From: Verrucomicrobiota bacterium
Lineage (GTDB): Bacteria; Verrucomicrobiota; Verrucomicrobiia; Verrucomicrobiales; DEV007
Direction: 5' to 3'
Length of the DNA: 33,274 nucleotides
NCBI GenBank assembly: GCA_045046875.1
Contig: JASFYY010000106.1
Span: forward strand, 1-33,274
Shown: positions 27,953 to 33,274 of the stretch, in pieces
Position numbering within the stretch: the stretch's first letter is position 1
Layout: the number at the start of each line of letters is the position of its first letter
Notes under the pieces: model-generated
Told to the model about the DNA's origin: nothing
The model's database searches: none
Seen by the model: the letters and a program-made list of their open reading frames with translations, nothing else
Program-made: the position numbers and the translations under genes

Positions 27953-28462
27953 TCAATTCAGGTAAATCCGCTGGGTCACCTCGCTGAGAAACTTTTCTGT
28001 GCAAGCCAACAAAGTGGAGCCAGCAGCGAACTTAATCGGGGCATTTCCCGCTAATTGACGATTATTGCTACCCGTATAGGACAACAACCTTTTCCTGTCC
28101 TTGTTGCTGATCCCACTGAACAAACCCGTGACCAGGTAAACCGGCTGCCCTGCGCTCCCGTGCCCCATTTTGGATTCCACCACGATGACTTCCAAACTGA
28201 TAAAAACGCTACTGCGCTGCCCCACCGACCCGGGCGAAGATAATTCGACACCCTGCGGAAGCTTTTCCTGACTGCCGTCGCAGTGAAGATGAAAGCCCAG
28301 CACAATCGTCGAACCCACCTCGAAACCACACAACATCTCCATCACCAAACCATGGTCATCCATCGCAGCTATATTCAAAAGCGGACAAGCAGGCGCCACG
28401 GCAGCCTTGTTCAGGGTATCCTGAGCAGGAAAAAAGGGGGTATTTTGCTTCTGGAACTTCAT
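27953..28462 (-). CDS. Hypothetical protein, possibly a degenerate PilZ-like beta-barrel
   Basis: Pattern HGLVME..FEVGSTIVL...LEVIVVE...YLVTGLFSGISNKDRKRL; no RxxxR motif. Confidence 0.5.
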   Translation of the reverse strand: MKFQKQNTPFFPAQDTLNKAAVAPACPLLNIAAMDDHGLVMEMLCGFEVGSTIVLGFHLHCDGSQEKLPQGVELSSPGSVGQRSSVFISLEVIVVESKMGHGSAGQPVYLVTGLFSGISNKDRKRLLSYTGSNNRQLAGNAPIKFAAGSTLLACTEKFLSEVTQRIYLN

Positions 28463-28628
28463 TTTTGCAAGGACTCCAGTCTTGAGATAAATTTACCCGC
28501 TGCACAAATTCTGTCAAATCATCCCTCCCAGCCCCGCAAGTAATAAGGCCAACAATGAAGCCGCTTAGCAAATAAATTGAATTTAGTCGGGCTTTGTGGC
28601 AGAACTTGAAGCTCTCCAAGCACAAGTT

Positions 28629-29558
28629 ATGCATATCACCGACATTTTTTCCAATCGCCGCACGACGATTTCATTCGAATTTTTTCCACCGAAAAGCAAC
28701 ACCGGCTGGGAAAACCTCTATCGGACCATCCGCGACCTCGAACCCCTCAAGCCGTCTTTTGTCAGCATCACCTATGGCGCCGGTGGATCCACCCGCGAGC
28801 CCACTCACGACCTGGTGGTGCGCATCAAAAACACCACTTCGCTCGACCCGGTGCCGCATCTCACTTGTGTCTGTCACAGCGAAGAAGAAATCGATTCCAT
28901 CCTCACCCGTTATGCCGAAGCCGGAGTCAGTAACATTCTTGCCCTCGGCGGAGACCCTCCGCGAAATCTCGAAAACTATGATCGTTCCAAAGATGCCTTC
29001 CAACACGGCAAGGATCTGGTTGCCCACATCAAACGTTTTAATCAAAGTGGCCAACACTCCGATACCCGCGGTTTCGGAATAGGAGTCGCCGGTTTTCCCG
29101 AAGGCCACCCTACCACTCCTAATCGCCTGCAGGAAATGGACCACCTCAAAATGAAAGTCGACGAAGGCGCCGATTATATCATCACCCAGTTGTTTTTTGA
29201 AAACCGCGCCCTGCTCGATTTCCGCGACCGCTGCGAACTCGCCGGCATCACCATCCCCATCATCGCCGGCATCATGCCGATCACCTCCGCCAAAGGCATG
29301 AGACGCATGGCCGACTTTGCCGCCGGTACCAACTTCCCCGCACGCCTACTGCGCGCCATCAATCGCGCTGGCGACGACAGCGAGGCCGCTGAACGCATCG
29401 GCATCAGCTACGCCACCGAGCAGTGCCTCGACCTACTCGAGAACGAAGTCAGCGGCATCCACATGTACACCCTGAACAAATCCAAGGCTACTCGCGAGAT
29501 ATACGCCAACCTCGGTTTGCGCGATACCTCCAGTTTGGGAAACAGAATTCAGGAGTAA
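28629..29558 (+). CDS. metF: 5,10-methylenetetrahydrofolate reductase
   Basis: ISFEFFPPK, FVSITYGAGGST, PHLTC, GFPEGHP, GADYIITQLFF, IIAGIMPI and HMYTLNK motifs. Start at MHITD (28629). Confidence 0.95.
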   Translation: MHITDIFSNRRTTISFEFFPPKSNTGWENLYRTIRDLEPLKPSFVSITYGAGGSTREPTHDLVVRIKNTTSLDPVPHLTCVCHSEEEIDSILTRYAEAGVSNILALGGDPPRNLENYDRSKDAFQHGKDLVAHIKRFNQSGQHSDTRGFGIGVAGFPEGHPTTPNRLQEMDHLKMKVDEGADYIITQLFFENRALLDFRDRCELAGITIPIIAGIMPITSAKGMRRMADFAAGTNFPARLLRAINRAGDDSEAAERIGISYATEQCLDLLENEVSGIHMYTLNKSKATREIYANLGLRDTSSLGNRIQE

Positions 29559-29621
29559 GAATACAGAAGTTAGGATTCAGAATTTATCATCAGACTCCTG
29601 GGTCCTGAATTCCGCCTCCTG
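29543..29621. repeat. Degenerate 7-bp tandem repeats arranged as an inverted pair
   Basis: cagaatt/caggagt/aagaata/cagaagt/taggatt/cagaatt (29543-29584), then actcctg/ggtcctg/aattccg/cctcctg (29594-29621). Confidence 0.65.
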
Positions 29622-29637
29622 GATCCTTCCTAAAAAA

Positions 29638-30696
29638 GTGAAACGCTCCCGTAAATTCCCAAAGCGATACGCGATCTACGCGGTCGCCGTGGTTTACCTT
29701 TTCTGCGACCTAATCTGGCTCAAAGGCCCCATCTCACGTAAAGTCGCCTACCGCAAAAACACCGAATTGCGATCACGACAAGCGATCAAAGAAGGTCGCT
29801 GGGTGGCAAACGTCAATACTCACCCGCTCACTCGTCAGCAACTCGATCTCAGCACCCGGGTTTACCTTTACCGCCGGGGCGAGAACGCTGACACCATGAG
29901 CGAGTCCAACCTGCGCATCACTCGCCGGGCCGTGATGCAACAGTTGATCAACGACGAACTGGTACGGCAATACGCCAAAGCCGAAAAGTTCCAGGCTGAT
30001 CCCGAAGCGGTGAAAAGACGCCTGGCTGAATTCAAAAGCCAGTTTGCCAACCCAGAATACATGCAGCAGCGCATGGCCGCCCAGCAGCTTGACGAACAAC
30101 AGCTCAGCGAGCTCATACAACAACACGTGACACAACAACTGTGGTTGGAAAAAAGAATCAGCCCCGCCACCCAAATCACTGAACAGCAAGCCCGTGACTG
30201 GTTCGAAAAAAATCGCAAACTCGAAAAAGCCCACGGCTTCAACATTCCCGAAGTGATCCGCGCCCGCCACATTTTCATCAGCACCATCGAAGAAAACGGC
30301 GAGCAACAAAAAACCTTAATCGATGACCTGCATCGCAAACTTACCAAGGAGGAATTGGATTTCGGTAAACTTGCCCGGCAATACTCTGAAGACGAACGCA
30401 GCAAAAAACACGGTGGGGATCTCGGTTGGTTCAGTCGCGAGCGAATGCCCGCCGACTTTATCAAACAGGTTTTCCCCCTACCACAAAATCAAATCAGCGC
30501 CCCCTTCCACACCAAGCTCGGATGGCACATCGTAGAAGTCACCGACAAAAAAGCTGCTCGGGATTTGAGTTTTGAAGAGCTCCAGCCTGAAATCACCGCC
30601 TGGCTCAAAAACCAGCGCAGCAAAGAAGTCCTGCAAATTTTCCTGCTCAAACTACGCAAAGCTTCCAACATTGTCATCTACCCCGAAAATATGTAA
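29638..30696 (+). CDS. Parvulin-type (PpiC/SurA/PrsA-like) peptidyl-prolyl isomerase/foldase
   Basis: N-terminal anchor, SurA-like helical region, IRARHIFI, FGKLARQYSED, GGDLGWF and ISAPFHTKLGWHIV motifs. Confidence 0.9.
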   Translation: MKRSRKFPKRYAIYAVAVVYLFCDLIWLKGPISRKVAYRKNTELRSRQAIKEGRWVANVNTHPLTRQQLDLSTRVYLYRRGENADTMSESNLRITRRAVMQQLINDELVRQYAKAEKFQADPEAVKRRLAEFKSQFANPEYMQQRMAAQQLDEQQLSELIQQHVTQQLWLEKRISPATQITEQQARDWFEKNRKLEKAHGFNIPEVIRARHIFISTIEENGEQQKTLIDDLHRKLTKEELDFGKLARQYSEDERSKKHGGDLGWFSRERMPADFIKQVFPLPQNQISAPFHTKLGWHIVEVTDKKAARDLSFEELQPEITAWLKNQRSKEVLQIFLLKLRKASNIVIYPENM

Positions 30697-30749
30697 CTTG
30701 GGATGCAAGTTCAAAGCCACCCCTTTTTCCAGTCCAACCAGCACCCACC

Positions 30750-31622
30750 ATGTTCTCAGAAAACCAAAATAAAGTCGGCGTCATCGGACTTGGCATCATC
30801 GGCAAACGTGTTGCCAAAAATTTACGCGAAGCCGACTGCCACACTTATCTGTGGAACCGCTCACCTAAAACCGAACCCAACTTCCTCGGTTCACCCGCAG
30901 AAATCGCCGACGTCGCCGACGTGATCCAGATTTTCATCCGCAATGGCCAGGATCTGGTCGAAGTGGTCGAAAAAATGAAAGAGCACATCACCTCTCGCCA
31001 CGTCATCATCAACCACGCCACCGTCGATCCCGAATCAACAAAAACCGCCGCCAATATCGTCGCCGATGCCCATGGTGCCTTTTTGGACGCCCCCTTCACC
31101 GGTAGCAAAATGGCAGCGGAAAAAGGCGCGCTGGTTTATTATGTCGGCGGCGACCCCGCTGTGCTCGACCGGGTGCGACCACTGCTCGAGATCTCCGCCA
31201 AAGAAATCCTCTACCTCGGTGACATCGGCGACGCCACCATTTTAAAAATCATCACCAACATGATCACCGCCTCCACGGTGGAAGTGCTGGCCGAAGCGCT
31301 CGCGCTCACCCGCGCCCAAGGCATCGATCCCGACAAATTGGCCCAGGCTCTCGAACACAACGCCTGCGGCTCCACCCTCACGGCGATGAAACTGCCCACC
31401 CTCATCTCCGCTGACTACGACGCCCACTTCTCCCTAGATAACATGTTCAAAGACACCCAGTTCGCACTCGATCTGGCCAACGAGCAGGGGCTCGACCTGC
31501 CCTCCCTGTCCACCACCGCCAATGTCATGTTCAACGGTATCCAAAACGGCGACGGCGATGCGGATTTCTCCGTCATCGGCAAACGTTTCAACCCCGATCC
31601 TTACCCCACGAGTGAAAATTGA
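30750..31622 (+). CDS. NAD(P)-dependent oxidoreductase, 3-hydroxyisobutyrate dehydrogenase family
   Basis: GVIGLGIIG, WNRS, FLDAPFTGS, catalytic KIITN and FSLDNMFKD motifs. Confidence 0.9.
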   Translation: MFSENQNKVGVIGLGIIGKRVAKNLREADCHTYLWNRSPKTEPNFLGSPAEIADVADVIQIFIRNGQDLVEVVEKMKEHITSRHVIINHATVDPESTKTAANIVADAHGAFLDAPFTGSKMAAEKGALVYYVGGDPAVLDRVRPLLEISAKEILYLGDIGDATILKIITNMITASTVEVLAEALALTRAQGIDPDKLAQALEHNACGSTLTAMKLPTLISADYDAHFSLDNMFKDTQFALDLANEQGLDLPSLSTTANVMFNGIQNGDGDADFSVIGKRFNPDPYPTSEN

Positions 31623-31772
31623 TGCAAAGGCGGCTTGTCAGCACCACACAAATGACTAAACTGGCCACAGTGCTCGAAGCCACTCAATTATTTTAAATCG
31701 CTACACGACATTTTTAATTTAAAAATACAAGCTCTGACACACATTACTTTTCAACTTGAACTCTTCTTCTCT

Positions 31773-31798
31773 ATCAGTGTTCATCAGTGAAATCAGTG
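31773..31798 (+). repeat. Three ATCAGTG direct repeats at 9-10 bp period
   Basis: atcagtg-ttc-atcagtg-aa-atcagtg, in an intergenic region. Confidence 0.6.
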
Positions 31799-31871
31799 GT
31801 GCTAAACTTTTTCATCTAATAGTGCGGTTTCGCACCTACCATTCTCAAATTCAAACCGACTTAACATCACC

Positions 31872-33041
31872 ATGAACATCCAGACTTTTCTGCCCCTGCT
31901 CACAGCGGCGCTGCTCATCGCCCCACTTCAGCCAGCTGGTTTTGCCGCTGATACCACCAGCACCGTCACTCTCAGAGTCGACGTGCACGGCACCACCCGC
32001 GACATCGTCATCGAACTGGACGAAAAAAACGCCCCCAAAACCAGCGCCAACTTCAAAAAACTCGCTGCCCAGGGATTCTATGACGGCATCGCTTTCCACC
32101 GGGTCATCCCCAACTACATCGTGCAAGCCGGTGATCCGCTCACTAAGGACGCCTCGCAAAAAGCCCTGTGGGGAACCGGAGGCCCCGGCTACACCATCCA
32201 AGCCGAACTCGGCCTGCCCCACAATCGTGGATCAATCGCCATGGCCCGCCTGGGAGATGCCTCCAACCCCAACAAGTCCTCCAGTGGCAGCCAGTTTTAT
32301 ATCGCCCTCGCCCGTCTGCCCAAATTGGATCGCGAATACACCGTCTTCGGCAAAGTGATCTCCGGACTCGAATACCTCGACCAAATCTCCAAATCAGCGA
32401 CCGACAGCAACAACAACCCCAGCGAACGCATTGAGATCGTTGTCAGCTCCGCTACCGGTGGAGTTGCCCCGTCGACCAGCAACACCCCCGCCGTTGCCAG
32501 CTCAAGCCCAACCCCCGCCCCACCAAGCAAAAAAGCAGACAGCGCGCCCAAGATGGACAAAACCAGCAGCACTGCCAGCGCAGAGCCGGAAAAAAAGAAA
32601 AAATCCTGGCTCAAACGTAAATTTTCCAAGAAAGACAAAAACAGCGAAAAAATGGCCGCCGCGGATGTGGACGAAAGCACCCCGGCTCCCACCCCTGCAG
32701 CAGCACCCGCACCTAGTCCGGCAAGCAAAAGCAGCAAAAAAGCAGCAACTAAACCGCTTGCCCAAGGAAGTCCAGCAGCCGCGAACGACAGCAATGTCAG
32801 CAATACCGGCAGCGATGGAGCTCCCAGTTACCGCAACGACAACAAAGTCGATTCCCGCTCAGCCATGATCGGCTCCAGCGATCCCGCTGGCACCGCCAGC
32901 TCCTCCAACAGCGCCGGCGACGCTAGTGGCAGTGAATCACTTGCCAATCAAATGAAAGTATCCACTCCTAAGGGAGATGTCGACGTACGAGAAGAAAAAG
33001 AGCGCGGACTGATTGGTCGTTTTCTCTACCGTTACTGGTAA
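31872..33041 (+). CDS. Cyclophilin-type peptidyl-prolyl isomerase with a signal peptide and a long S/A/P/K-rich tail
   Basis: APKTSANF, FYDGIAFHRVIPNYIVQAGDP, GSIAMAR, SGSQFYI and YTVFGKVISG motifs. Confidence 0.92.
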   Translation: MNIQTFLPLLTAALLIAPLQPAGFAADTTSTVTLRVDVHGTTRDIVIELDEKNAPKTSANFKKLAAQGFYDGIAFHRVIPNYIVQAGDPLTKDASQKALWGTGGPGYTIQAELGLPHNRGSIAMARLGDASNPNKSSSGSQFYIALARLPKLDREYTVFGKVISGLEYLDQISKSATDSNNNPSERIEIVVSSATGGVAPSTSNTPAVASSSPTPAPPSKKADSAPKMDKTSSTASAEPEKKKKSWLKRKFSKKDKNSEKMAAADVDESTPAPTPAAAPAPSPASKSSKKAATKPLAQGSPAAANDSNVSNTGSDGAPSYRNDNKVDSRSAMIGSSDPAGTASSSNSAGDASGSESLANQMKVSTPKGDVDVREEKERGLIGRFLYRYW

Positions 33042-33191
33042 TTAAAGCGCTCTGTTTTGTTAATACAGTGACTCATTTTGCCCCCAACAGGTAATAACCG
33101 CCCCGAAGCTGTAACTTTTCCTTGCAAAACCCATTTTAAGCGCCATTTATAAGCGCTCCACGATCACGCAGCTAGCTGCGTCCGAGGAACC

Positions 33192-33273
33192 GGGTAGGTA
33201 CCGAAGCGGTCAAACGGGGCAGACTGTAAATCTGCTGGCTCAGCCTTCGAAGGTTCGAATCCTTCCCTGCCCA
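33192..33273 (+). tRNA. tRNA-Tyr (GTA)
   Basis: Acceptor stem GGGTAGG/CCTGCCC, anticodon arm GCAGA-CTGTAAA-TCTGC, long variable arm, T arm GAAGG-TTCGAAT-CCTTC, discriminator A. The window ends one base later. Confidence 0.97.
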
Positions 33274-33274
33274 C

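Noticed and set aside
28463..28628. SAM or SAH riboswitch upstream of metF
   Set aside because: No SAM-I/II/IV or SAH consensus elements or terminator were recognised.
33122..33153. Sigma70 promoter for tRNA-Tyr (TTGCAA...TATAAG)
   Set aside because: Spacing to TATAAG is 20 nt; plausible but not well supported.

Overview
Bacterial chromosomal window, most likely Verrucomicrobiota/PVC (inferred from secretin-like paralogs, a PVC-style prepilin, a ceramidase-like protein and the scpA-scpB-pheA order). It is mostly housekeeping: M28 peptidase, pgm, an RlmI/K-like methyltransferase, hisD, scpAB, pheA, ppdK, rnr, a fabZ-like gene, metF, two PPIases, and tRNA-Tyr(GTA) at the right edge. No transposase, integrase, reverse transcriptase or CRISPR array was seen. 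The most unusual element is at 26554-27114: three tandem ~93-nt repeats on the minus strand with compensatory base changes, each followed by its own intrinsic terminator and a possible alternative antiterminator pairing. This is a candidate unassigned ncRNA array or triple-tandem riboswitch, lying downstream of two hypothetical ORFs and upstream of the fabZ-like gene. Also notable are three tandem short secretin-like paralogs, a PheA with an internally deleted dehydratase domain, an in-frame TGA in an alpha/beta hydrolase and a 1-nt frameshift in an ABC ATPase. All calls were made by eye, with no database searches.
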